Shown here: positions 1 to 12,702 of the stretch, piece after piece
How the letters are laid out: every line of letters begins with the position of its first letter
Numbering within the stretch: position 1 is the stretch's first letter
Source of the DNA: Nemertoderma westbladi
Taxonomy: Eukaryota; Animalia; Xenacoelomorpha
DNA length: 44,825 bases
Assembly: GCA_032718475.1 (NCBI GenBank)
Contig: JAUCBJ010006891.1
Coordinates: forward strand, 1 to 44,825
Direction of reading: 5' to 3'
Notes under the pieces: model-generated
What the model was told of the DNA's origin: nothing
Databases searched by the model: none
What the model saw: the letters and a program-made list of their open reading frames with translations, nothing else
Translations under genes and position numbers: made by a program

Positions 1-308
1 AGACTGGGACTGAGGGAAAATCTGGGGAACATTAGGTAGGCTAAAATTCTGAGCGAACAGTGGGTTATTAAATAATATACCGTAGGGATTTATATTATCG
101 TGTATACTTATTGTGAATATTTGGTGTATATTGATTTGGGGAAGCCCAAAATTATTCTTAATCAGGTTTCAACAGGTTTTCAACTATAGGAAGTTACATT
201 AAAGAGTATATCCAACTAATGCAGCTTTTCTCAACCGCAAACTTGCATCTTAGAAATATTCCCTCCCCACAATCAATATCCGGTGACTGGCCGGGGCTCG
301 GTGGTCTG

Positions 309-1817
309 TTAAGTCACGTCTCCAGCATCGGCGTTTTTCCCCCTGGTGTAGGAATAACGGCAACATTTCCGATTAATTCTCGGTGACTTCCAAATCCTGG
401 AAAGCCTATTCAAGGCTGCCCATGACTTTCCCTCACGTATTCGAAGGTCCTCACCTGACTTCCGGATCCATGATCCCAGGTAACAGAAGTCGTCCACATG
501 CTCAAGCATACCATCTTTTGAGCTTATGCTCATCCGATCAGAGACTTGCTGAGAACTTTCAAAGTTAACTGTCAAAATTTTGGTCTTTCTGGAGTTAATA
601 AAAAGACCAACACTAGAAGCAGCATGTTCTAATGAGCTGAGGAGCCGTTGGGCTCCCTCTAGTGATTCTGAGAGTACTCCTAAGTCATCAGCAAAGTCTA
701 GATCAGTTAGGTACTTGGCAGGATTTCCTCGACTTCTGGAGCCAGTAGGTGGAGTTATCATCACCCCATCATCATTATGATGATCTAAGGACATGGGTAG
801 AACATAGTCAACCACAATTATGAACAAGAATGGTGCAAGTGTGTCTCCCTGGAGGACGCCCCATAACACTTCAAATGGTTCTGTGTCACCGTGAACAGTA
901 GACACAAATGTTGTCGAACCATCGCATACTGATCTGATTGCTGCAATAATTTCATCAGGAATCCCATATAATGAAAGTATGCTGAACATACGTGAGCGAG
1001 AGACTGAATCAAAGGCCTTGAAGAAGTCAACAAAGATAAAAGCCAGATGCCTGTCTTTCTTTTTTGATAACTCTTCAATTATCCTTCTAAGTGCCAAAAT
1101 GGGTTCCATGGTCCCACGACCTTTACGGAACCCATTCTGATTTCCACGGAGCAGTCTCTCAATGGGATCCCTGATGCGATTTAATAGAATTCTATTGTAT
1201 AGCTTTGCAGCAATCGAGATCAATGAGATTCCCCGAAAAGAACCATAGAGTGTTAGGTTGCCCTTCTTGGGAACTGGCACCAACTTATTTGTTTTCATTT
1301 CCTGTGGGACTCTTGTTGTACGGTACATGTCTACTATGATGGGATAGATGAGCTTTAAACACGCAGGTATTTTAAAGACCTCAGGGGGGGAACACCATCT
1401 ACTCCACTGGCACGATTGGTCTTAATGCTCTTTGCAGCTGCAAAGGAGATATCGCCAATGGGAATATCTGGGAGTACAGACTCAGACACTTTTACTTCTA
1501 TAAAGTTATCAGGCAATACCCTGTCATTATTGAGGAGCTCTCCAAAGTGGGCTTTCCAACCATTGAGGCGATCGGCTGGTGATTCAGCCTTAACCTTGGT
1601 GGTTGGTTGGCTTTTCCGCCCAGTAAGCAGATTGATCGATTTCCATGCCTGGGATGATTGCCTGCTGTCGTCGGCATCATTGATGGTATCAACCTGTTGG
1701 TTTATTAGCTCCTGTAGATTAACAGAGTACAGCCTGTTCAGGGACCTAGATGCAGCTAACTGCATTCTTGAAGGCTACACAGAGAGTCGATTGTCAATAA
1801 CGAATCTTACTGGATGA
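309..1817 (-). mobile_element. RTE-clade non-LTR retrotransposon fragment (RT domain, frameshifted, truncated at both ends) in a NALCN intron
   Basis: ORFs 1355..1765 and 309..1328 carry the RT motifs PVPKKG, FRGISL, QNGFRKGR, FVDFFKAFDSV, GVLQGDTLAPFLF, LDFADD and FCYLGS. There is a frameshift near 1340-1390. Confidence 0.85.
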
Positions 1818-1940
1818 AACTGCGAAATTTGAAAGTAATTTTAATAATAAAAACGCAGTTGACTAAAATAAAAGTTTGGGTATTTCTCACGAAATAGGAG
1901 TTGGTGCTTATATTGTTGAATTATAAAAATAAAAAAATAC

Positions 1941-2126
1941 CTGAAGTATAACGGATGCCCAGTGCCCTATCACAACAATTGTATCGAATAAACACCATTT
2001 ATCTTTAATGAATGTCTTCTTGCCTCCTACAATACCCTGAATCTTCATCTTTGTAGCGATTTCGGCAGTAAATAAGATGCTGATTACGATATCAACGCTA
2101 AATGTTATGTATATCAAACCTCCCAT
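1941..2126 (-). CDS. NALCN: NALCN sodium leak channel, coding exon 3 (domain I S2-S3)
   Basis: Encodes MGGLIYITFSVDIVISILFTAEIATKMKIQGIVGGKKTFIKDKWCLFDTIVVIGHWASVILQ, matching NALCN YVTFxxD..LYTAEMIAKMHIRGIVKG..YVKDRWCVFD..WVSLVLQ. Acceptor ttttacag|, donor CAG|gtattt, 186 nt, phase 0/0. Confidence 0.9.
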
Positions 2127-3267
2127 CTGTAAAAGAAAACATATCATTGTCAGACAGTCCCACCATGAGCATCATGAGATAAAGTCGTTAAACAACAGGC
2201 GATGAATGTAAATGTGAGTTCCTACTCTACTTGCGGCCCATTTAAACTAACACAGCCTTTCATCCAGGGTAATAAATATCCCACTCAGAGTAGTAAAGTG
2301 CACCTACACTGTCTGGAAGGGGCCCCTGGATAACAGGCCCAGGGGGGTCCCAAGTCGCTCGCCGCATGATTGACCTCTGACCCGTCAAAAGTCTAGAAAA
2401 GGCGGCGCGTTCTTCATATTTACTCAGTGTTTTTCTGGCATACTCACTCGGCGAAGTTAGTTTTGGGACTACCTTGCTAACCAGCAGAGACGCAGAATGC
2501 CGGATCTTGCTCGGGAGTGTCTCTGCTCACTGGCGAACTCTTCTGAGCGCGCCCGCTCTGCCCTGCAGCTAGCTCGGTAGCAGGCCTAGTCTTCACTCAG
2601 GGGCCACGACTTTCCGCCCTTTACCAAGTGGCTCTATAGTTATTTATAACACAGAGTTCTCCGGGTAAAGTTTCGCTATTAATCTCATATGCCCAAACGG
2701 GACCACCACCACTACTGATTGGAAATGAGATGACCGAGTGATAACCAAGTTCCAATAGCGTGGAAGCCGAATCAAGTACTTTATGACTGTGGTGACTAGA
2801 AAATAAGACTGTAAGACTGAGACTATTTTTTGTCAAGACTGCATTAAGACTAAAAATTGATTAGTTATTTGCTTGCTATATTATCGTTTATATTATTACA
2901 ACCATTTTGGCCGTTCAAGAATATTCCGAGGTACCAAAGATTCCAAAATTCCCCTCACCCGGTTTCACCTTTTCCTCTTCCCAGAGGTTTTTCTATGATT
3001 ATTTCTTATATTAACATTTATATCAAATGGAAGATATTAACATCTGGGAAATAGAAATCGCTGTTAATTTTGGTACATTAGTCTTAGAAAGTCATAAAGT
3101 CCGTAATTATATCAGTCGGCTAGCGGGAAATAAAGTTTGAAAGCTAATTATATTATTCATTTGAATTTTGTAGCGGGAAAAGTTTCGACAAGCAAGACTA
3201 TCAATTTTAAGTCGTCTGGGAGTTGTCCACGCTGGCGCTGGGGGCGTGAGAAATACTTCACACTGAC

Positions 3268-3397
3268 CTCTGCGAAGGTTGCTGGAGTGTTCATGCACAC
3301 CGAGGTAAAGCTGAGTAGCCCACAGAAGCGGAGCAGCCAGCGAACCCAACCCTTATAAATCCAACACACCTCCGTAGAGTCTGAGCCATCTTGAGCG
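3268..3397 (-). CDS. NALCN: NALCN coding exon 2 (N-terminus and domain I S1)
   Basis: Encodes AQDGSDSTEVCWIYKGWVRWLLRFCGLLSFTSVCMNTPATFAE, matching NALCN [32 protein letters not shown]. Acceptor poly-T cag|, donor GAG|gtcagt, 130 nt, phase 2/0. Confidence 0.9.
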
Positions 3398-3899
3398 CTG
3401 AAAAAAAAAAAAATTACTTATAAAAATACCGATTCCGAGAACTAAAATACCTTGAAAAGGGAAAAGTGAAGGGGACTGGTGACCGCAAATCCCATCTCTG
3501 CGTTTTATATCTCGTGTTGGTGAGTAACAATATAATATGAAAAAATAATTAATTAAGTTGCAATTACAGTCGCATTACATTCTAAAAAAACAAAAAAAGA
3601 GAAACAATAGCAAAGGTGGGGGGGGGGGGGGGGGGGGGGGGTTTATAAAAAAATATAAGCAGACCCACACAAAGACCCAATAGAAGTCTAGTTCTAGAAA
3701 ATATGTGCCAGCAGGGACCAAGAAGAAATAATAATTACAAAGAATAATGCGAAATGGCTGAACAGCTAAAGTTTTTAACTTTTATATAATTCGCCCTTAT
3801 TAGAGGTTGTCCGTGGACGATGTTGATCTATGGTCGAAGAATGAACGAATTAAATTGAAACTCGTCTGGACTTTAGGCCTACCGGTACATCAAACTGAC

Positions 3900-3946
3900 C
3901 TGTAATCCGCTAGAACTTGAGTCTCCATTTGACTCCTGGCCACCAT
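3900..3946 (-). CDS. NALCN: NALCN coding exon 1 (start codon)
   Basis: ATG at 3946 gives MVARSQMETQVLADY(S), similar to the NALCN N-terminus EAQPVTDFG. Donor ACAG|gtcagt in phase 2 matches exon 2. Confidence 0.75.
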
Positions 3947-6711
3947 ATTACGATCTTGAAATACAACAATTATTTGTTTTTCAAATACCGGTATAATAAA
4001 TCTACATTATTGACCCATACAATATTCCAATCTGCCAATCATCCAAGAGACTTTCATCTGATTGATATGCATCATCCATCAAATATCAAAATAACGAATA
4101 AAGATAAAATATAACCCATCTTATTCAATCTATGTTCAATTCTTATTCAATTATACACAATTTTCACTTTTAATTTTATATTTTCCCACAATGCAGTAAA
4201 GTAGGCCTATCATCGGTAATAGTGATTTCCAATGTCAGAATGTTACCATGGCGGCGTGGCATAATACAGTATTACAATATTACAACACAATATTTAAATT
4301 TAAGTAGTCAATATAACATGTTACAGTTTCATTTATTGCCGTCGCCGTCAGACACATACACAGATAGACCGACACAATAAGATTATAATATCTATCAACA
4401 AAATCAATCTATCAGCGATACAAGTCTAAAAAAAAAATGAAAATAGAACACAGATTAATTTATAATAATTGTAAATCGTGGCAACACGTGGGTGGATACT
4501 GAAAAAAATTTTAATGGAAAAGCAGTATTATGCAGCAATACCATATGGTATAATACTGTAATACAGTAAAAGAATCAAACAGATTAGATATTAGTAGGCA
4601 TGGTATGTAAGCAAGGAGGCAGCAATGTTCGGTAAGGTTTCTAGCTTTGGTTTTCCTCGGATGGGAAGTGATGGTGTGAGGGGTTGGCAAGGCAGCTCAG
4701 CTTGCATTGCTTTTCCCATTCCTAGTCGCTGTTCTTAGCTGCCTTCTAAGCAGTGATCATTACTGGTTGGCTCCGCGCTCTATGCCATCTCTTCCAACAG
4801 CAACCAACTACAAAGGATTCGATTGGCTGCTCTGTAAATGATGTGATGTAATAAAGAGTGTGGTGCCTGGGGTGCCTTTCCTTGTTTTAAATTAACATAT
4901 TATTTAGGTCCACGACGCCTGTAGTGTATAATAATACAGCAATGGCAACACCGTAATAACTCACAAGCGTCTGGTCCGGAGCCAGTTATTAAACAAAATG
5001 GGAAGTAAAATAAATTAATAATGTTCTAAATAATAAATCTAGGCCCCAGCCCCAACACTAATTAATTTATTGCCATAAGAAAATTAGTGCCAGTTTAATA
5101 GCCATATGTTATAAGCAGGATCCCAAAATTCTCCCGTCTCCGCTTGTATCTAGGGATTGTGTATACCTAAATACTCAATAAACCCTTATATTTCGAGACC
5201 ACCCCCCCCCCCCCCCCCCCCCCAATTTTTATACAAATCTTTAGAATTTTCGATTTTGCCTTCAAACTTATTTATTAGGGTTTTTAAAAATTCCCTTTTA
5301 CGAAATTGCACCCTCCGTTTCGTTTCCATTCTTCATATTTTAGTCGTAACCATTATCATTATTAGCATTATCATATCAATAGCTGGAGGCCATTTATTCT
5401 ATTTAAAAAATATACAAATTTCTAGAGTGTTTTATTTATCTCATGAGTAGATGGGCAACAACTGAATGACTCTGTAATAGCTACACATACATTAACAAAA
5501 TGTTCCATTGTGATTTGTTAAATAGAACAAAATGGCCTCCAGCGAAAGATCACTTCTCAAACTCGTATCTTCGCTGGTGGATGCAAAGTTTCGTACTATA
5601 TTCGATCTGGTGTTTTTTTTCGATCTGGTGAAGAATACCGGGTTTTAATTTTTCAGTCGGTATATGATTGAAAATTTATATAAGAAGAATTTGTAGTTTT
5701 TAAATTTATCCATATTAAGTGTTTTGTAATTTTATTTCATTTTATTAATATTTGGCACGTTGTAACATTAGTTGCTTTCCATTTAGCTGTTATATAAGTT
5801 GTATGTTTGCGCACATCTTGTTACATTATTCTAGGCACCAGATCTCTTAACCTGTACATAAGAATATCTTATGTTCATTGTAATACAAATCATCACTCAT
5901 CACTAAAGTAATTCATTTATCACTAAAAAAACATTGCAAAGCCACAAAATAATGATTTATCACTATATAATTGGTTTCTGAAGCATTTAGGTCCCGTGGC
6001 AGAAAGGATAGGGTTCTAAAGTAGCAGGATGGAGAGGCAGCGTTCGGGTAACCAAACCAACAAACACTTGCAAACTTTAAGTTTAAATGCTGTAGGCTAA
6101 TAAGACGTTAGGTCCTACAGCATTAGGTGTTGATATTTTCAGGGAAAGGAGCAGGTTATTAGTGGCATGTTAATCTACAAAAACAATATGCGGAAGTCAA
6201 TAGCACATGTTACAGTTTATTTTTGCTGAAAATCAGTTGTAAATAAAAATACAGTTTCTACAAATGATAATACAAATAATACGGAATATTTTCTGATTTC
6301 GGTATTCTGTCTCATATTTTATGACTTCCATTTACTGATTTTCGTTTTCTGACTTTAATATGTCTGTTTGATCTTACTTACATATTATATTTTTTACCTT
6401 TCATTTAATTTAATAAAAAATGCGCAGAGTTAAATTAAATTTGTGACTACACGCGAAACAATGCGTTCTAGAACTTCCGGTAGTTCTAGATCTTCATGGT
6501 GACACACCATACGTGTTACTTAAAAAATAGTTTCCGTTTCCTATACAAATCTGCAACGTTTTTTCATGCCATAAAATAATTCTGTATGTTTGAAACTTTT
6601 TGAGAAAATTTTAAATTCAAAATTTTGAAAATTTCTGCAAATAGTTCGAAAATGAAAACAATTAGGCCTACCGTTCAACTCATATTCGGGAGGGATCGTT
6701 GCTTAAGAATA

Positions 6712-6725
6712 GTATCCTGGGCAAC
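6712..6725. promoter_or_regulatory. RFX X-box-like motif upstream of the SAMD15-like gene
   Basis: GTATCCTGGGCAAC, ~420 bp upstream of the ATG at 7148, fits the degenerate X-box consensus. Confidence 0.4.
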
Positions 6726-7147
6726 CATAGTAAACAATTGGAATTAACTAGCTAGATCAATTCATATTTTGGCATTATCATTAACGACTGTAGTTTCATA
6801 TATACAGTAGCCAATTCATTATTCGGATATTGCCCATACTACTGTAGGCACTGCCCCACCCCGGCTTTTAATCAAAGCTGCATTTGGTTGTTGGTCAGGG
6901 CCACTCACTAAGTTATATAAAATACTATCGGTACTCAGCACTCACAAATGTTCAAACTTTTAAATTAATTAGCTAGTTTTCAATGCATAATTGTTATAGG
7001 CCCAATCCTGTCCATAGCTTTGAACTCATTCTGCAGTTCTAGTAATTATTATTTAATTAACAAAACTGGTTAAATCAATCATTCTATAAATTTATAATGC
7101 TTTTGATTTCAAAATTAATTATTAAATAAGTTATACCGTTCATTCAT

Positions 7148-7179
7148 ATGGCTGATAAAGACGTGCCGGATTGTCTCAG
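7148..7179 (+). CDS. SAMD15: SAMD15-like gene, coding exon 1
   Basis: ATG..MADKDVPDCL(R) with a strong donor CAG|gtaagt. Phase 2 joins to the SAM exon as ...CLRWNCSE. Confidence 0.75.
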
Positions 7180-8354
7180 GTAAGTTATAATGGCTGCCCC
7201 ACATAAGTAATGGTTATAGTTACAGTAGGCCTACTGTAGCATATTATTTACAGTTAGCCTGTTATTTACTGTTAGCATATTAGTGTTTGTTAACCCAAAC
7301 AAATGTGGAGCGAGCCACGATGGCAGTGATTCTTCGTCTCTTTGCTTTGTCTGTCTGGCTGTTCCAGGTCTCAAACTTTGAACGCAATCGACGCCTTTCT
7401 GAAATTATGTGAATTATATGCGATTCGTGCACCAGAAGAATTATTTTAGATTGAAGTGCTGGATGGAGTGCTGCTTCCTATGAAATTGACTTCTGAATTT
7501 AATATTTAATATCTGGCCCAATTGTAGTATAGCTGCTTGTGTGTCCATTTTTGAAATTTAAAAAATACTGTATTTTATTTATTTTTGTTATTGGTGAGTG
7601 TTCTAGAACATTAGTAGATGTTTTTTATGATAGATAGTGTTATATTTATTAGTTAGTATTTTTTGAAATTATAAACAAATTTGAAAACATTCATATTTCA
7701 AGTTTAAACTGTTGCAGAATAAAGGCCTATTAAGACCACAAATATTGATGATATTACAGTATAACTAACAGTTTACATTTTTTATTTTCAATACATTATT
7801 TTACATTTTTCTATAATAATAAAGGTTCTATAATTCACTAAGCACTATTTGGCAAGGAACTAGGACTAGAACATTCACTAATATAAAAATAAACTCAAAA
7901 ACACAAAAAAATATATATTCAAAAATGGTAACATAAGCTATACTAGTGCCTAATATCTTTAATCATCATTTAAGTTTCCGGTACTTATTTAGGATAAGCT
8001 GATTACAGTCTCTGGCTTTTATAATCAACAATGAACTGAATTTAGGAACTTTACACAGTTTACACTGATGTTTACACAGTTTTCACAATTTTACGGCAAC
8101 AGTTCCGCCCGGAAAATTGGGGGACGGGCGGAACTCTAGCCAATTTTACTCCTTTACAAAATTTTCTATAACAAAGTCGGCCATATCGGAACCCCATTTG
8201 GAGGCTGCACCGATTCCAAATGGGGAACCCCATTTGGAGGCCACAACGACACCTCAAATGGAGATCTGTGTATCGGTAGTAGGCCATTGAACCCTTTGAA
8301 AAATACACATAATTTAATTCAGAAGAGGCTTCTTAAAATGGAATTGATGGTACT

Positions 8355-8525
8355 TAGTGTGTTTTGTGCACACCCCCCCCCCCCCCCCCACTCAAATTTT
8401 TATTATACTGTACTAGCTAGTTTTTGTTACTTTTTAAAAAAAATGTTCCTAGAACATATTGTCTATTCATTTTTTTTTATTAATTTTGTTCTAGTACAAA
8501 TAATTGTTGTTCTTGAACAAAATTT
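8355..8525 (+). repeat. Partial copy of the GTTCTAGAAC-rich MITE family seen at 14472
   Basis: ttagtgtgtt..cacacccc..ctcaaattttt..actagctagttttt..ctagaac resembles the left arm of the element at 14472. Confidence 0.55.
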
Positions 8526-8743
8526 ATTAATTAGGTATTTTTGAAGTTATCAAAGCTAGGTTTTCTTATTTTTTTATGACTTTATTAATATTAATAACAC
8601 TCGGATTACACCTTTTCAGGTTAACCGAGTCTCGTGCAGCGCGAAGGCTACACGAACGTGTTCCTTATGTATTACTGACCAACATTCCGATATTTAATGC
8701 AATGTGATATACCATAACAAATACACAAACATTTCCCCCCCAG

Positions 8744-8910
8744 ATGGAATTGTAGTGAAGTTGCCGATTGGATAGATACCCTTGGTTACTCTCAGTATAG
8801 ATCTTGTTTCCTTGACAACTTCATTAATGGTAAGAAACTGATTCTTGTTGATTGCAGTCACCTCCCCTTACTGGGTATCAACGACTGGTCCCACATGAAG
8901 GAAATAGCAG
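8744..8910 (+). CDS. SAMD15: SAMD15-like gene, coding exon 2 (SAM domain); missed by the ORF track
   Basis: Encodes WNCSEVADWIDTLGYSQYRSCFLDNFINGKKLILVDCSHLPLLGINDWSHMKEIA, a SAM domain of SAMD15 type (W..EEVAEWI..LGFPQY..CF..NFISGRKLI.V.CS.LP..GI). Acceptor cccag|, donor GCAG|gt, phase 2/1. Confidence 0.9.
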
Positions 8911-9019
8911 GTTCGTCTGGCCAGCGATCATATGGTGTGAGTTGGAAAGGTATTCAAATGATTTTAGAGTTTATTTTGATTCATACTGTAGTAGGTAGGT
9001 AATTTGTAATTAATAATTT

Positions 9020-12000
9020 GATATTTTATTGACTAAAACTGATGAAATATTAAAATTGCACCAGGCAGTAAATGAATACACATAAACTGATAATTAAGTC
9101 AACAAGCGTCGGTGTGCAGGTACAACTAGGTTATACCTATGTATGTAATGTATGTACGTACAGTAAGTACCTATGTATACTAAACTACAATACATACACA
9201 TAAATGAATTAGTAATATCTAATGTATTAGAAGCACAGTTAGACCCCCCCCCCCCCCAAGTGATGCAGCTCCCGCTACACCACCACCCCCCCCCCCCCCC
9301 CCCCTCATCTGGTGGGCAATCAAAAGCCTATAGCTAAGTTACTGCCTCTCGGCTGTATTTATTTAAGAATATATTTTTTAATTTCCGCTTAAAAGTTAAA
9401 AGATTTGGTAATTTTACAACTTCTATGTCTAAAGTATTCCATAATTTTATTGATTTCACTATTACGCTATCGTGGCCAAACCTGTTATTTGTTTTTGGAA
9501 TAATGATATTACCCGTCCTGGTGTTCATTTTCACATTTTGTCTTGGAAGAAATGGCAGATTTAGAATTTTAAATGCCTCAGTCAATCCGTGTATATACTT
9601 ATAAAAATAAACAAGGGTGAAATACTCCCTGACTGCTGATAGTAACGGAATTTCTCCTTTTTGTCTTAACTCCGTGCCGCTGTTATCTCTGATTTTCTTA
9701 CCAAAAATAGTGCGCAATGCATAATTTTGCACTTTCTCAATTTTGTACAACAACTCCTTGGATCCATATTTGTCGTGCAGTGACACAAGTAGCTGACAGC
9801 AATAGTTGTGATATGGCATCGTAAGTGTTTTGTATAATTGCAATTTCGTTTTATTTGGTAATTGGCCTTTTATAGAACGTAAACAAGAAATACTAAGTGT
9901 CATTTTCTGAATTATTTTTTTAATATAATCGTCCCAATTTAGTTCACTGTCAATGATTACTCCAAGATATTTTACTGATTTTGACTGAGGTATAGATTCA
10001 CTGCCACCAACATTTAGTTTTATTGTGGAGATTTCATCCCTAAGTTGGGGGCCAATTTGTTTAGGTGACAATAGGAGAAATTCAGTTTTATCTGGATTTA
10101 GTTTTAATTGTGCATCATTAAATATTTTTTGAATCTGAATAACACGGGACTCCAACAATTTTGCTGCATGTTCTGGGTCTGAGTCTATTACATAAATTAC
10201 TGTATCATCGGCGTATTGTATTATTTGCTCATTTTTCATTAGTTCCGGAATATTATTTGTATATAGGGTAAAAAGTAGCGGACCTAATACTGTCCCTTGG
10301 GGTACGCCTTTTGTTTCCGTTAGCCAGTCCGAAAAGGTATTATCTATTTTTACACGCTGCTTCCTGCTTGAGAGGTAATTTTTAATCAGGTTTAGTGCGG
10401 TGGGGTGGAAGCCTAAATATTGTAGTCTGGCATTTAAAATATTATGATTTATTGAGTTAAATGCTTTGCTCAGATCCAAAAATGCTGCAGCAATGTATTT
10501 ATTCTGATTCAAATGCTCCCGCCAATTTTCAGTTAAAAATGTAACTGCATCCACCGTAGAAAAACCTTTGCGAAAGCCAAATTGCTTTGGATACAAAAGC
10601 TTATTATGTTTTACATACAGTAATATCTGTGAACACATTATTTTTTCCAAGACTTTGGCAAATGGTGAGGTTATTGCCACTGGCCTGTAGTTTACCGAAT
10701 CACATGAATCACCTTTTTTATAGATAGGGGTAATATTAGATAATTTCAATTTATTTGGAAAAACAGATTTTGTTAAACATTGATTTATTATTATATTCAA
10801 AGGTTCTGTAATAAACGGCCTAATGTCCTTAATAATTTTAATTGGTATTTTGCAAGGGCCAGATGATTTATCACCATTTAGATTCTCTAAAATTTTACTG
10901 ACCTCTAATATACCTACACATTTAAATGAAAACTGTATTCGGTTATCTTTTGCACCTTCTGGAATGGTGTAAGTACTAATGGCATTCGGCGTGCAATTAA
11001 AAAAGTTTCCCAAGCTTAAAAATGCTTCATTCATAGCATTAGACACCTGTTTTTCGCTTGTTACCAAGGTTCCCCTGTATTTAATACAATTGATTGAAGC
11101 ACTTTTAATTTTATTATTTATAATCTTATTGATCACTTTCCATCTCGATTTGCTGTCTTTAGCACTTAAGTATTTTTCTTTTACATACTCATTTTTTAGT
11201 TTCCGGTTGAGATTATTAAATTTATTTCGCAATAACTTATAATCATTATAATCGTTATCAGATTTTGTTCTGCGCCAAATTGCAAATTGTTTAAACTTTT
11301 TTGACCGTAATTCATTTAGTTCATCCGTTGACCAGTTATCTGATAATTTTGATCTGTCTGCTGTAACCAATTTTCGTTTTATAGGAGCATGTTTATTTAG
11401 TATTTCCTCTATATGCCGTTCAATGCTTATCGATATCATTCTCCATATAAATATCATTCCAAACAATACCTGATATCTCGTTTAAGAAATTTGTTTTATT
11501 AAACTTAGAAAAATCTCTATATTCTATCCATTCCTTATTTGGCGATTTTAGCTTTTGGCTAAATTTGTGAGTTATTGTGGTTACTGTATAGTCGTGATCT
11601 GAAAATTCACATAAAAATACGCTACTCTGTGTAATATAATTATTTTCTATGTTGGTTATTACTACGTCTAAAAGAGTTGATGTTTTGTTGTTTGTTCGTG
11701 TCGGTTTTGTTGTATTTGTAAGATACACAGAATACATATTTAATAGGTCCTTAAGAGATGACAGTCTGGCGTTATTGGTCCCAGTTTGTCCCAGGATGTT
11801 TATATTAAGATCCCCCTGAATAATTAATTTCTTTTTGGGTTCCAAAATTAAGGCATTTTCAATTTCTTCCGAGAAACATTTGAAAAAGTTAGTATTTGAT
11901 TTTGCTTTGGGTGGACGATATATAGTGCAGACTAAAATATCGTCAATTTCAACCCAGATAGATTCTAGAACCCCATACATTTTATATCCGCCCTAACTCT

Positions 12001-12600
12001 ACTGTTTAAATGCTGTGGAATATAAATTAATACTCCACCACCTTTCCTCCTTCGCCTATCTTGTCTGTAAATCGTGTTCCCAGGAATGAGTATGGCTTTA
12101 TCACTAATTCTTCTTTTTAGCCATGTTTCTGTTACAGACAACACACAATTTTTTGAACCGCCTATCAAACTCCGTATCTCATCTATATTTTTAAACAGAC
12201 TCCTGGCATTAATTTGGATAAAATTAAAATTGTTGCTGTTTGAACGGATATAAGAACTTAAATTAATATTTATATCGTCAGTTTGAAGTTCAGGTCCGGG
12301 ATTGGGATGAATGTCACCAGATAATGCCAGGGCACTATTTATAGTAATACCAATAATCAGTACAGTACTAATTGAGTGACTATATATTAACGCACTAAAA
12401 TAAAAACATTTCGATGTTAATTTAATTACTGACATTAATCTTGTTAGGGGGGCCTTTATGTTGATTAAACGCATATAACGTGAACCAGTTACAGTTAATA
12501 ATGTCGAACTAGTAGGAAATAAAAAGCTGGTCAAAGTTGTAACCAACAGCATATTTATCATAAGTGCAACAAAAACAGGTGGTTAGAGCGTCTAAATATT
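9020..12600 (-). mobile_element. CR1/L2-group (Crack/Daphne-like) LINE: ORF2 with APE endonuclease + RT, two frameshifts, antisense in SAMD15 intron 2
   Basis: ORFs 11965..12561, 11420..11980 and 9334..11466. APE motifs: QINARSL, VTETWL, GGGVLIYI, IYRPP, QGDLNI, SDH. RT motifs: NYRPVA, QFGFRKG, FLDLSKAF, GVPQGTVLGPLLF, QYADD, KYLGV. Boundaries are approximate. Confidence 0.9.
12292..12345 (-). other. 2A-like (StopGo) peptide upstream of the APE endonuclease
   Basis: Translation ...SALALSGDIHPNPGP matches GD(V/I)ExNPGP except for E->H. Confidence 0.65.
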
Positions 12601-12702
12601 ATTAAGAAATATACGTTACAACACGTTACAGTGTAAATTTCTGGTGCATTACTGCATTAATAAATAATTTATTATCATTTATTATAAATATTTTTTTGCT
12701 AG

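Noticed and set aside
2160-2850. GC-richer segment in NALCN intron 2 as an exon or element
   Set aside because: Exons 2 and 3 join in phase with no gap in homology, and no termini or coding motif were recognised.
8620-8703. Extra SAMD15 exon after ttttcag at 8619
   Set aside because: There is no convincing in-phase donor, and exon 7148-7179 already splices in frame to 8744.
3619-9304. Long G/C homopolymers as functional G-quadruplexes
   Set aside because: They are scattered across the window and often inside repeats, with nothing specific to support a function.
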